A stretch of 64,000 nt of DNA, taken from positions 1 through 64,000 of the forward strand of contig VJWM01000063.1 in the NCBI GenBank assembly GCA_010909165.1, read 5' to 3'. This DNA is from Anthoceros angustus (Eukaryota; Plantae; Anthocerotophyta). The position numbers and the translations under genes were made by a program. The notes under the pieces were generated by a model. The model worked only from the letters and a program-made list of their open reading frames with translations. It was not told the origin of the DNA and did no database searches. Each line of letters starts with the position of its first letter. Positions within the stretch are counted from its first letter, which is position 1. This document shows, in pieces, positions 49,398 through 63,474 of this stretch.

Positions 49398-50287
49398 CTG
49401 CCAAATCACATCCATGACGCAGAACATGGAATCTTTGTCTAGAGACGCGGGCGGCGAAATTTGAGAGAGCCGCCGCCGGGCGGGTTAGTACAATTGTGTC
49501 ACACAGATGTCGTGCAGCAGTTTAATTGCACGCCCGTGAACAGGCGTGGGACGCACCATCTTCACCCAGTGACGAGACCGAGGATGGTGGGCCCCGTCAT
49601 GTACATCAACCGGAAGAGAACTATACATACAAGGGACGCAAAGTTTGTCACCTCGACCAGATTCCGCACGAAATTCCACAGCGACGGAAGCGCACGCCTG
49701 CCAACATAAAACTGAGCCAAGACATGCAGGTCCTGGAAGCGGACCTCGACCTTGGGAAGCTCAATTCCGACGCTGCAACGCACAAAACAGTCAAGATATA
49801 TGGCAACAGCATTTGCAAGCACAATCGGTTTGCACATACTAGATGTACGAGTACATAACGCACAAAACAGTCAAGATTCCAACAGCATTTGCAAGCACCA
49901 CTGCCCGGACAATCGGTTTGCACATACAGGATATATGGTATGGTATGTACCTGTCAATGCGGCTCTTGAGGACTGCAGAAGCTTTTCGTTATCCCCTCCG
50001 ACGTGTTGAATGCCTTGGCCAGAAGGCTGGCAGGCTCAATGCTTATGCTGCTGCGGGCCTTCCCCATTGCTGGTGACGTCTAGATACCCGGCAAGGATCG
50101 CGGTGTATGGGGGTAGATGCTTCTCGTGCGTGGCCCAGGTGAGAGCCTCCGGATTCGTGTTCTCACGATGGTCCGTCTGCTGGCTGCTGGAGTGGCCAGA
50201 AAAGGGAACGCAACCCTTGCCGGCGTCGTCCCACACGCGGGTGCGTCCCAGCTTCATGTCAAACGGAGGGGCAGTGGATTCCGCCAT
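49392..50287 (-). pseudogene. Copy of the first exons of the old PDR pseudogene
   Basis: Direct copy of 36500-37391 (MAESTAPPFDMKLGRTRVW). Confidence 0.85.
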
Positions 50288-52525
50288 CGCCCACCTTCGA
50301 ATGACGCTATCAATTCAGCTGCTTAATTCCAGCACTGGTACCTAAAGTGCGCGTCCATACAATACAGAGGAAGGCTGGCACTGGAACTAGAACTGGTCAT
50401 GGATGCAGCACAAGAAGATATTTATTGGCCCACACCGTCAAGGGGAGGCAGGCCAGTCTTCTCATCTATTTGCCACTATATATATGTAGATGAGAAGACT
50501 GTACCTGATCCAACACAGTTACTGCCAGATAGATGACGAGACTACTGTAATAAGTCTAAAGGTGCAGGAGGGATTCCAACGAACCGATAGATCCGTGTCG
50601 CTTGGCCCAATGTTGGATACAGATTCTTCAAATTGTTTTGCGGTGCCCGATCGCGACGACCTGGTCTTATTGATCGGCCGCTGAACAAGTACTGGCCATA
50701 CAGGCTCGCCTACAGCCGTTTTATCTTTGAGGGAGGCCGCGCTACTACTCGGCATGCCTGGATGTGCTGTCTCCAAAATAGTCCCTTAGACTAGTCCTGT
50801 TTTCAACCCGGATAGGGCTAACGGAATCTCTGCCTGTTAGGGCTCCCAACAGCGGTAGTGTCAGTTATCTCTGTGTATCTGATTAGAACTAGCAGATACT
50901 GGCTCCTCACGTTGATTGTGGATTGCTTCCGGCATACTGACAGGACCGCCCGGAAGTTGGTTGACTGAGTCCGCGATGTACAATCCTCCGTCACCCGATG
51001 TAATCACCTTTCTGTGCTTCTCCTCGATTAAAGCCAAATTCACTACAGAAACACTTTTGTATCACTCCGAGTTCCATGGATCCATCCTTGTTGTCGGTGT
51101 CAGGGCTCTAGCTGCCCATGCGATCTTGGAAGGCATACAGTAATGGGCCCAAGGTCTGCAGGACCGCACAACAGGACATGGGCGCTGATCGAGACCCCGT
51201 GTAGCTGAAGAAAGGCTCTGCCTTCTACACGTGACGCAGGCTTCAAAGCACGCAGCCTGCATGTGCGGCACATATAGCGAGGTTGCGCACGCTTGCAAGT
51301 TCGCACGCGCCAAGAATGTATGGCCGCCAACGTCATGCTAATTGGGGTCAGCCTTCCTGTATATGTAGGAGTGTTTGATAGTGGGAGTGTTTAGTGGTTT
51401 TCATCCCAAAGGTATTATTTAGAAATGTTAGATGCTCAATTAATAGGTTTAAGATTGACTTGTCTTGTGTGTGTAAATCGGTCAAGTCTACCTAGACGCG
51501 CTGGCACATAAGACGTCGGGGAGATAGCAGCGAGAAAATTGGCATATAACACGTCGCCGATAACTGAGATATCTCACCACCGTCGACGGCTCTAGTAGGC
51601 TGAGATTCAGTCAGCCTAGCCGGGCTGAGAGAGGACTAGTAGTCAAGGCACTATTCTAGAGACCGCTGCCTGCCGCCCCAGGCAGAGTAATAGCGGCTTC
51701 CCCATTCGAATCAAGCGGCTCAATTCTATGCTCAAGGCGAGGCTGTATGGGCCAGTACTACCTCAGCGGACGAAAGATAGTATCGACTTCAATCACGCCA
51801 TAAAATTGAGGAATTCGACGAATGTGTATCCAATGGGCCCAACAACGTCGATCTATCATGTCGTTGGAATCACTCTTGCACCATCAGACTGTGTTACACC
51901 GGTTTGGCAAGCGGAAGCTTAAATTTATTCCAACTCAGCGTGTTCATTACAGCCGGGCTCCCGCCCTTTTAAGTTGATCTCCGCGCTGAATTAGTCTACC
52001 ACTGCCTACACTTCAACTCTTGCTGGCTGTAGTGACGGTGCTTACTCAAGTCACGCGGCCACCCTAAACGGAAGTCCAGAATTGTAACAGACTGAGTCTT
52101 CTCACATACAGTCTTCTCATCCATTTGTCACTATCTGCTGCATCGATCAGATACAGTAGTCCTCTCATCCATCTGCCACCATGTGCTAGATGAGATACAT
52201 TCTCATCTACCTATATAGTGGGAAATAGATGAAAAGACTGCAGATACACATGCTTGTCATGAGAATTGTGCACGCAAGATGCACAGTCCTATCTGTGTCC
52301 TCTCAGCTATCTGCAGTATACCGCAAATACTGCAAATCGCTGAGAGGACCGCCATTCTGCAGAGAGCTGAGAGGACCGCCCATTCTGCAGACAGCTGAGA
52401 GGACCGCACAACACACGGACTGCAGATTTTATAGCTGAGAGGACCGCAGATACCTTGGACCACAGTCTTCTCGATGAGAAGACGGTGTATCTGTCTGTCA
52501 TGGTGTGGAAGAGTTTGTGCCCTAG

Positions 52526-52532
52526 TATAAAA
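52526..52532 (+). promoter_or_regulatory. Candidate TATA box of the PDR gene
   Basis: tataaaa ~330 bp upstream of ATG 52854, downstream of a gctgagaggaccgc tandem array; motif only. Confidence 0.35.
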
Positions 52533-52853
52533 GCATAGATGAGCTAACTTTTCAATATCTGTATCCAGCGGAAGCTGAAGCTGGCCTGCCTCCCTTTCCC
52601 TGATAGGAATTTGCAGGACGACAGGTCTGCTTGCCACCCTTGCCGTGAGAGGAATTTGCAGGACGACAGGTCTGCCTGCCTCCTTTCCTTCTTCTTGTGC
52701 TGCATCCATTGCTAGTTCCCTGGCGAGTTCCGGATCTGTTGCCGGTGCCAGGCTGCAGCACATGTATGCACACGCATTGTAGGCACGCACATTGCATCGC
52801 ATGCTGGGATTATTCAGGCAGCTGAATTGATACTGGTCATTCGAAGGTGGGCG

Positions 52854-55800
52854 ATGGCGGGACCCACTGCCCCTCCATTCGACTTGAAGCTGGGAGGCAC
52901 GCGCGTGTGGGACGACACTGGCGTGGGCCGCGCCCCCTTTTCTGGCCACTCCAGCAGCCAGCAGACAGACGAGGAAACGGATCCGGAGGCTCTCACTTGG
53001 GTCGCGCTCGAGAAGCTTCCTCCCTACATCGCCATCCTGGCGGGGTCTCTGGATGTCACCAGCAATGAGGAACACCCGCAGCAGCCTGAGCGTGTGGATG
53101 TGCGCAAGCTCAGCCGCATGCAGCGCGCCAGGCTTCTGGCCAGGCCTTCGGCACCTCGGAGCGTGATAACGTAAAGCTTCTGCAGTCCTCAAGAACCGCA
53201 TTGACAGGTACTCACAGTATTTGCAAACCGATTGTGCTGGACATGGTGCAATTCCTTTGTTTTCATCTACATACAGTATGTCTGTGCAAACCGACTGTGC
53301 GGGAAATGATCCTTGCAAATGTTGTTGGAATCTTGACAGTTCTGTGCTTTGCAGAGTCGGGATTGAGCTCCCCAAGGTTGAGGTCCGCTTCCAGGACCTG
53401 CACGTCTCGGCCCAGGTGTATGTTGGCGGGCGTGCGCTTCCGTCGCTGTGGAATTTCGTCTGGAACCTGGTCGAGGTACAATGCCCATTCAAAATTGGCG
53501 CCTGTGTAAAGGTTTGCATACACTCGTGAGGCCAGTGGTGGGGCCCGCCACTCACACCCAGGTTGCCCGTTACCCTGGTGCCTTCGAATTTACATCACAT
53601 CTATCCATCCACCATGCGACTCCTCTTCGTCCCGCATCGGATCTGGAGGTCTGATGGTAGGATGTATGGATGGGGTGGCCGATCATTCGACCATGGAAGG
53701 GGATGGACAGGCTGCTTGGGTGAGGATGGAGGGCCTCACGTCTGTTCACGGACTTGCATTTTAAACTTTCAAACTGGACGGGATCTAGTTGCAATTCAAT
53801 CTGCAAATCTCCGTTGGCGGTTCTCGCAAATTTTGCCGCTGGCAGCTCTCGCAAGTTTCATGTTTTGCTTCATTGTTGTGACGCGGAACGTGATCGATAT
53901 GGCTCCGCCTTGCAGGCCTGCCTAGCTGGTTGCAGATTGCTGCCGTCAGAGAAATGTGACCTCCAAATTCTGCACGGCGTCAGTGGGATGATCAAGCCTG
54001 GGAGGTGAGGTGTTACCGATCGTCGATTAGCATTTCCGAATGCTCGCTCCCCCTCTGGCTGAAACATTAACTTTGTGGATTGCCACACATTTTCTTGGGC
54101 TGCAGGATGACCCTTCTTCTTGGTCCACCGGGTTCTGGCAAATCGACGCTGCTGCTGGCGCTAGTGGGAAAGCTAGATTCAAGCTTACGGTGTGATTTTC
54201 CCCTGCCCACTCCTCTTGCTTCGTTTGCAAGCCTAGAGTCAGACTCCATAAATTGCCGGCTTTGGACTCAGCTCAAACTCTCTAATTGCCCTGTTTGTGC
54301 ACTTGTGACCAGAAATCTGGCTTGATTACTTACAACGGCCTGACGCTCAAGGAATTTGTACCTCAAAGGACAGCGTTGTATATTAGCCAGACTGACAATC
54401 ACATCGGCGAGCTTACTGTACGAGAGACTCTTGACTTCGCTGCCCGGTGTCAAGGTGTAGGCTATAAACAAGGTATGTGGACTGTGGGACCTTATCCCTT
54501 GATTATCCTCCTTGGCACACAATCTCATCCTTTCTGATCCCAATTATTGCAGCGATGATGGCTGAGCTCGCTAGGAGGGAGGAGGAACAGAAAATTCGTC
54601 CTCGCCCAGGCATTGACGCATATATGAAGGTAGCATGGCTAGTTACGTCCTCTCAGGCATTCACGTGGGGCGTTCTCCAACCGTTTCATTACACGATTTG
54701 ATATACTGCGTGTGTATCAGGCGTCAGCTGTGGAGGGCAAGAAGCACAGTGTTTCTACGGATTATATCATGAAGATCCTCGGTCTTGAACACTGTGCAGA
54801 CACGATTGTGGGAGATCAGATGCTCAGGGGGATTTCAGGAGGCCAAAAAAAACGACTAACAACAGGTTTGCTGTGGCTTCCTCGCGAAAGCCGGGTCTGG
54901 GAAAACGTAGCACTGCTTTTACTATCCTGCTTTGGCTGGTTGCATCGAGTATCTGACTAGTGCTGCTCTCTTTGCAGGTGAGATGGTGGTTGGACCCAAA
55001 AACTTTGTTTATGGACGAGATATCTACAGGGTTGGACAGCTCCACAACCTTCCAAATCGTAAAATGCACCCAGTAACTTCGTTCACCTGCATGATGCAAC
55101 TGTGCTAATGGCTCTCCTCCAGCCCCCCCCGGAAACGTTTGACCTTTTCGATGACATTCTCCTCCTAGCTGAGGGTCACGTGGTATACCTGGGGCCTCGA
55201 GAAAAAGTCCTCGAGTTTTTTGAGTCACTGGGGTTCAAGCTTCCACCTCGTAAAGCATTGCAGACTTTCTTCAAGTGAAGTATTCTGAATGTCTCTTCAT
55301 GTTTTGGACCTTGAATGTGAATGGAATTTCACCTCACTCCTTCCTGTAAATGGCCACCCTGTGATGTCAGGTTACTTCAAAGAAGGATCAGGCGCAGTAC
55401 TGGGCAGACAAGAGCAGGCCTTACAAATACATACCGGTTTCTGCAATCGCAGCTGCATTTCAGGAGTCCGAGGTCCGGAAAGAATTGAAGGCACAACTTG
55501 CAACTCCACTGGATGTTTCTAAAAGCCACCCCCTGGCAATGGCCAAGACAAAGTATGCTTTGTCAAAGTGGAAGCTTTTCGAAGCCTGCTTTGAACGAGA
55601 ACTGTTGTTAATGAAGCGCAACAGTTTTCTGTATGTTTTCCGCACTTTGCAGGTACATCATCTTGCTTCCAGTTGGGGAACGTCTTTGGCGATGTATTTG
55701 TCAAGCAATTATTCATGATTCGGTAGACAGAAAATAAACAGGCATTTACTTCTAACCTTTCTTGTATGTGGCAGGTTGGTTTAGTGGCATTCCTGACAGC

Positions 55801-58800
55801 CACTTTATTTGTGAGGACAGATTTGCATCCCACAAATGAGAGCGATGGAAACCTGTACATGAATTGTCTATTCTACTCCTTGTTGCACATGGTTTTCAAT
55901 GGATTTTCTGAGATGTCGCTCACGGTAATGCGACTTCAAGTGTTCTACAAGCAGAGAGACAACCTGTTTTATCCAGCCTGGGCTTTCTCAATACCAGTCT
56001 GGATTCTCAGACTTCCCTACTCAGCTGTGGAGGCTGTTGTTTGGAGTTCTATAGTATATTACACTGTTGGACTTGCCCCTGACGCTATCAGGTAACGGGC
56101 CCTCAAGCATATTGAAGAAGACATTTTACCTACTAGCCACTAGAGGCAGTTTGTTCTGATAATTCTCTGTTTTGTCCAGGTTTATCCGATTTACGCTAGT
56201 GCTTTTCCTCACGCACCAGGTGTCAGTTGGGATTTTTCGGACAATAGGTGCTCTAGGGAGATCCATGGTTATTGCATACACTTTCGGATCCTTTACAATT
56301 CGTCTGCTCTTCCTTCTCGGTGGATTCATCTTAGCAAAAAGTAACCTCTTTCTCCTTTGTGATTATTTCAGCTTCACAGTCTATGCAAAGCTCACGCACT
56401 TAGACGCAAGCAGACAGCATAACAAGCTTGTCACGATTTGTCATGTCACTTGCAGATAGCATGCACCCTTGGTGGGTATGGGGATATTGGGTGTCTCCTT
56501 TGACATATGCTCAGAATGCTATCTCTGTCAACGAATTTCTTGCACCTAGATGGCAAACGGTATGTGGTACATTCGTTTCTGTGAGAACCGACATGCCATC
56601 CTCTAGACTATCCCTTCAACCCGGGGCTTACTCTGCTAGAGTGCCTCTGTAGGAATGTTCGTATGTTGGTGCAGAGTCCTGCATTGTGTGAGAGAGCTGA
56701 TATATTGTCCGGACTGTCCCTCCAGCAAAGCCCTGATGCTCCTGGAGTACCTCTGTATAGGAGAATTCTTGGTGCACGAGGGATGCCAATGAAAGGATAT
56801 TGGTACTGGATAGGTGTTGCTGTGCTCATTGGGTACACATTGTTCCTCAATTTAACGGTGACTCTGGCACTGTCGCATTTCGACTGTAAGGACTTGATAC
56901 CTGTGATGTGTGGTTACTATGTTTGAAATGTTGTCTACTGGTAAGTTGACAGACTTCTGGGCCAGCCTAAATTATGAAATGCTTGCCTGTGATAGCGATT
57001 GGCAAGCCACAAGCAGTTGTGACAGAGGAGACTCTCAGAGAGAAGACTGAAGATATTACTGACCAGTCACGGCTCCACGGGGCTGGAAATGGGGCCGGGA
57101 GTCTAAAAAGTAATGGGAATAGTACAAACCATGTTGTGGAATCAAGCGTGGAGTCAGGAGGTAGCTGACAAATCTTTCCATCATGAGGTTTTGTTAGTTC
57201 AGTGTTTTGACACACTAATATGGTGCTGTAATCTGCAGGAACCATTGAATTGGGACCCGTTGCCAGGCAGAATGACAGAGTGCCTGAAATTCATGCGAAC
57301 ATACAACAGTTGACAGAGCCCAAGACATCCAGGGGGATGATATTGCCCTTTAAGCCTCTGGCTTTGTCATTTCACAACGTTTGCTACTGCGTTGACATGC
57401 CTCCAGTACGAACTTTGCTCACAGAAGCACCACAGTCACTTTGAAGTATGGAGGTGGTTGTTGCCATATCCTTTCTGCCACGTTTTGTGCTCATCATGGT
57501 TTGTTTGTTTAGGAAATGAAAGAAGAGGGCCTTAAAGAGGCCAAGTTGCAGCTTTTGAACAGCGTGAGTGGGGCCTTTCGTCCTGGGGTGCTCACTGCTC
57601 TGGTCGGTGTTAGTGGAGCTGGAAAGACAACGTTGATGGATGTTCTTGCCGGTAGGAAGACGGGTGGCCGTATCACTGGAGAAATTAGGGTGTCTGGATA
57701 TCCCAAGGTGCAAGCTACCTTTGCTCGAGTTGCAGGATATGTGGAGCAGACTGATATACATTCCCCACAAGTCACAGTGCATGAATCGTTGCTCTATTCC
57801 TCATGGTTGCGACTTCCCGATGACGTTGACACACAAGCACATCATGTAAGTATTGAAAATGGCTGGAAGGTGACGTGGATTGTAAGGATCGATTGGCCAT
57901 CACTCAATCATGAGCTCTGCCTTTGGTTGAGTGATGTTGTTAAGGATCTAAGTATGTTGTTTTTGACTCTCATGAGCTTTGCCTCATGCATGCTCTACTT
58001 TTTCATCAGGCGTTCGTTGAAGAGATTATGGAGCTGGTAGAGCTGGCTCCTTTGAGACATGCACTCGTGGGGCTACCTGGCAGCACTGGGTTGTCAACGG
58101 AGCAGAGAAAACGTCTGACAATTGCTGTTGAACTTGTTGCAAATCCTTCTATAATCTTCATGGATGAGCCTACCTCAGGGCTGGATGCCCGAGCAGCAGC
58201 GATTGTTATGCGTACTGTGCGGAATACTGTTGACACAGGACGGACGGTTGTTTGCACAATCCACCAACCCAGCATAGACATCTTTGAAGCATTTGATGAG
58301 GTATAGTCTGTTCAATCTTTTACAGTGGTGCAGATGCGTTTTAAAATTTCTTACTCTGACATTATCCACATGCAAACTGCAGCTTCTCTTGATGGAACGT
58401 GGGGGAAAAGTGATATATGCTGGGCCTCTGGGACAGCACTCGCAGCAACTCATTGACTATTTTGAGGTGGATCCCGGATTCTGTTTTGTACATTCTCTTC
58501 CTTTTCAGCCGTTCCCAGCAAATTGAGACTTTTGGTAACAACTGTAACCACTTTCCAGAGTATCCGTGGAGTCCCACCGATCAAGGATGGGTACAACCCA
58601 GCCACATGGATGCTTGAGGTCACCACCCCCGCAGCAGAGCAGCGAATTGGTCAAGGCTTTGCAGACATTTACAGGAATTCAGAGTTGTTCCGGTATGTTC
58701 TATTTGCCATAGGCTCTCTCCGGGCAATCCAACTTCTGTTCCACAGTTGGGGATGAATTTGCTTCTTGTGAATGTGGTGCAGGCAAAACGAGTCACTAAT

Positions 58801-60137
58801 TGAGCAGCTGAGTGTACCGGCTCCGGGGACGGAAAATCTCCACTTTCCAACAATATATTCCCGCAGTTCAGTGACACAGCTTGTTGCCTGCCTCTGGAAG
58901 CAACACTGGACGTACTGGCGTAGCCCTCATTACAACTGTGTGCGGCTCGGTTTCACTGTGATCGGCTCTGTGATGTTTGGAACAATATTTTGGGGGTTGG
59001 GATCAAAAAGGTAATTTGTTCTCTCTTGACAAAGTCTTCGACCCTCCACATTTATGTGTTGCTTCGTGCTCAATCCGCATGTCAGCCGGCTCTTTGACCC
59101 TAGTGATGTCTCATGGCTGTGTTCTGTTTGTTGGCAGGAGGACAGAGCAGGAAGTTTTCAATGTGGTGGGTGCTCTATATTCCGCAGTGCTATTCCTAGG
59201 CATCAGTAATGCATCAACTGTCCAACCTATAGTGGCTGTTGAGCGGGCGGTTTTCTATCGGGAACGTGCTGCGGGCCTGTATTCCCCATTTCCATATGCA
59301 TTGGCACAGGTAAATTCGTTGTGTTTCAGATATGTTGTAGCACGAAGCTTCTGATGCAGTTCTGTACAGAGATTCTTCATCTGTTTATGATTACAGGTGC
59401 TCGTAGAGATCCCATACATATTTCTACAGACAGTGGTGTACACCATCATCACGTACTCTATGATGCAGTTTGAGTGGACAGCAGGTGAGAACCTGTAGGC
59501 TCGTTGTGGATTGTGACAAATAGAAGCCTAGCCTTCCTTTTGGTGCAGTGCTCAAGTGTCAGCTATTGGAGGTGGTACCAAACTCGTGGAACTGTTGCTG
59601 GTGGTTACAGCAAAATTCTTTTGGCACATGCTGTTCATGGGCCTGGCATTCGCGTACTTCACGTTCTTCGGCATGATGGCCGTTGGGTTAACAGCTTCAC
59701 AACATCTGGCAGCAGTTATTTCATCGGCATTCTATTCCATCTGGAATCTCTTTGCGGGATTTTTTATTCCACAACCAGTAAGAAATCTGAGTTTCTGTAC
59801 CTGCTTATTCAAGTCCTTGTGGGCATTTACACCGTTTCTAATGACACGGTGTGGTTGAATGCAATTGCAGAGGATACCCGGGTGGTGGATTTGGTACTAT
59901 TGGATCTGTCCAGTAGCGTGGACACTACATGGTCTTGTTTCATCTCAGCTGGGAGACGTGACAACCACTATAGAGGATGTACCTGGCTCACCGACGGTTG
60001 CTGCTTTCGTGGAGTCATACTTCGGCTACAAATATGACATGTTGGTTTTGTGTGCTGTGGTGCTGGCTGCGTTTGGTTTTCTTTTTTGGTTTATGTTTGC
60101 TCTGGCCATCAAGTACATCAACTTCCAGAGACGCTAA
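52854..60137 (+). CDS. Full-size ABCG (PDR-type) ABC transporter, multi-exon; 5' part carries indels that may be sequence errors
   Basis: NBD1 [25 protein letters not shown]; TMD1; NBD2 [58 protein letters not shown]; TMD2; C-terminus INFQRR*. Confidence 0.93.
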
Positions 60138-62093
60138 GGCCAGTTTCTTGTTTCTCACCACCGTACATCACATACTTGGCACGGCTGCGACGGATCCCTA
60201 GCTGTAGGCTTCAGTTGTATCCTCTGTGGGCGCCATCGTGTTGTAATTCCTTGGATGTTGATGTATGAGTATGTATATATATCAACAAACATATATGGCT
60301 ATGTACATCCTATCCATATTAAAGATCTAAAAGTTGTTTAACTCGGAACAAGGAACAAGAAGCGTGACCAGCTCACGCGTTGTTGCATCTTGCATCTGGA
60401 GCCTGGCAACTTGCATCAGTCGGAAGATCAGAGCAGGTTATGGGTGGAAGGTGGTTGAGTGAGACCGCCATGTAGCATTCCTCCGTCCCTCATGTGATTA
60501 CCTGTCTTTGATTCTCCTGCATCAAAGCCAAACACTACAAAAAGAACTTGCATCAGTCGATCGTCCGAGGCGTGTCGGTTGCAATGAAGTTCCTTGGATC
60601 CATCCTGGTTGACGGTGTCAGAGCTCCAGCTGACCATGTGATCTCTACCTTCCACTGGCATGTACTAAATGGCGACCTTTGTTGGCCTGTCTATCAAGCA
60701 GAGTCATGGTGAAAGCGAGTTTAGATTGCACGTACCCCGTCCCGTCACAACCATTCCCCCCTCCGTAATCGTGACGTACTCGGGCTTCGAAGCACGGAGC
60801 CCACGCAGCCTGCATGTGCGGCACGTACAGCGGGCTTTCGCCCGCTTGCTCGGACTCATACAGAAGGCATGGGGTCGACCATGCTTGGAGGCGGTGGGGC
60901 TCCGTGTCGCCGCATTTCTCCCACCTCCACCACCGCTTCGGCGGCCAGCGCTAGCTGTCCAGAGCAGTTGCAGAAGGAGTTGGAGTCCAGGGCGCCGCTG
61001 CTGGTGATATCTGATCCTGTCGATGTAGAGGTGCGGTGGTCCTTCGCCAGGACTAGTCTTAGTCCAAAGAGAGAGTGGGGACTTGCAGAAGAAGTCGGAG
61101 TCCTGGCCGCTGGCATCTGATCCTGTCGGTGCACATGTGCGCGCGCACGATCTCCTGCACGCACGGCAACACGGCCTGCAAGTAAGGGCAGCCGTTTATT
61201 AGCGTCGGAGAGTTTGCAGGCAATGCGGCGTGCAAGTCGGCGTCGGGACAGGCAGGGTGAGTTGGATATGACTATCCGAGTGAACGATGGCAGTGTCGTT
61301 GATAATCAGGTTTCTCCTCAACAGCCCACAATGCTCTTGTGAGTTGCATCCCTGCCCCACGGGAAACCAAACTCGGATGGCCGGGTTTCACAATTTTCCC
61401 CTGTCCAAGCTTGAAAGGAGCGGGTTCACATCGATCTCCATTTTTGCGCCTCTGATTGCAGGCACATCAAGAGCCATCCAAAATCCACAGCAGCAAGAGG
61501 GGCCATGTACAGATATCCTTGCCTTGCTAGACTCCCTTGAGTGAGTCAAGCTGCCTGGGACCACAAAAACTCATCTGAATCTGAATCTGAACACTGTAAC
61601 CCCAGGAAGTGCTCTCTGGGTAGTCTCCTAAATTCGAAGCTATCGGGGCGCAGTGTGTGTAAATCCTGCTGTGTGTGTAAATCGTCCCAGGCGCGCGGCG
61701 GCTTCTTCCCTCATGTGGCTTCGCTCGTGTGTGCAGCAAGATAAAAAGGACACATTTGATGTCTGTGCTGTGTGCCTTTATAAGTCAGGATGTTACCGTA
61801 AATCATCCTATGGTCGTCCTTGTTCTAGGGCACGCCCTACTCCCATTTGTGTGAGTTCATCGGCTTGAGACCACCTACATGGTTTGCTGCACCCTATCGT
61901 GTGCTGACAGGCAAACAATTCGACTCAACCGGGCGAACTGGAGGCCCGACAGGGAAGTCTAGTAAGGGCCCTAACCTGGCACGAGAGAAACCTTGCTCCG
62001 ATGCCGGTGCGGTGCCTCCTTTTCGTACAACCCATCCAATTTCTGTTGATGGACCATTTTGTCCATGTACCAACTCCGGTTGATGTGGAGCCC

Positions 62094-63290
62094 AGGATAT
62101 GTGGATCCGGAGCAGACTGATATACATTCCCCACAAGTCACAGTGCATGAATCGTTGCTCTATCCCTCATTGTTGCGACTTCCTAATAACGGTGACACAC
62201 AAACACGCCATGTAAGTATCGGAAACGGCTGGAAGGTGATGTGGATTCCAAGGATGATTGGGCATCACTCAACCAGCCCTCTACCTCATGGTTGAGTGAT
62301 GGTGTTAGGGATGTAATGACTCTAATGAGTCTTGCCTCATGCATGCTCTACTTTTTTTCCGGCATTCGTTGAAGTGGTTATGGACTTGGTAGAGCTGGCT
62401 CCTCTGAGTCCTTCGCTCGTGGGGCTACCTGGCACCAGTGGTCTGTCAACGGAGCAGAGGAAAAATTGTTGTTCAACTAGTTGCAAGTCCTTGTATAATC
62501 TTCATTGATGAGCATGCCCCAGGGCTGGATGCCCGGGCAGTAGCTATTGTTATGCGTACTGTGCGGAATACTGTTGACACAGGACGAACGGTTGTTTGCA
62601 CAATCCTACAACCCAGTATCGACATCTTTGAAGCATTTGATGAGTTATAGTCACTTCAAGCTTTACAGTGATGCAGATGCGCTTCTGAAAATTCTGAGTC
62701 TGGCATATATTGTTCATGCGCAAACTGCAGCTTCTCTTGATGGAATGTGGCGGGAAAGTCTTACATGCTGGGCCTCTGGGACAGCACTCGCAACAACTTA
62801 TTAACTATTTTTGAGGTGGATCCCGCATTCGTTTTTGTACAGTCTCTTCCTTTTCAGCCGTTCCCAGCAAATTGGAGTTGGTAACAACTGCAACCATTTT
62901 CCTCAGCATCAAAGGAGTCCCACCGGTCAAGGATGGGTACAACCCAGCCACATGGATGCTTGAGGTCACCACCTCCGCAGCAGAGAAGCGACTTGGCCAA
63001 GACTTCGTTGACACCTGCAGGAATTCAGAGCTGTTCCGGTAGGCTCTCTGCAGGCAATCTCTCTTCTGTCCCACACTCGGGGATGAAATTGTTTGCTTTG
63101 GTGTACCATCGCACGAGCCACGCATCGAGCAGCTCTGCCTACCGGCTCCAGGGACGGAAGATCTCAAGTTTCCAACCCAATATTCCCGCACTTTTGCAAC
63201 ACAGCTTGTTTACCTGCGTATGGAAGCGACACTGGACGTATTGGCGTAGCCCGCAGTATAACTGTGTGCAACTGTGTGCAACTGTATGCG
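62094..63290 (+). pseudogene. Direct partial duplicate of the PDR NBD2 region
   Basis: Aligns with ~57733-58970 including introns ([46 protein letters not shown]), with frameshifts and lost splice sites. Confidence 0.9.
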
Positions 63291-63474
63291 GGTCATTTAT
63301 TTCAGTGAATTTCTAGGCTTTATAGAGATTTTAGAGTGTACATCATCCAAATCCTGCATATCCAAGTCCTCCATTCAGTAACTCTCTACCAATTGTGGAG
63401 ACAAGGGCATGTGCTTTATAGCATGTGGTCCCGCAGGGCGTTGAAGCTGGAATGGCAACACCCATTCCAGCTTA

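Larger units (their letters stand above)
49392..55872 (+). repeat. Triplicated unit, copy 3 (continues into the unique 3' half of the PDR gene)
   Basis: Direct copy of 36500-42950. Confidence 0.92.

Noticed and set aside
52257-53555. 432-aa minus-strand ORF
   Set aside because: Antisense to PDR exons, introns and promoter repeats, and broken in the other two copies, so it is open only through copy-specific indels.
13361-60137. Biosynthetic gene cluster (glycosidase + FMO + deacetylase + ABCG exporter)
   Set aside because: No scaffold-forming enzyme; the mannosidase, HASTY and LpxC are housekeeping-type genes; adjacency alone is not evidence.
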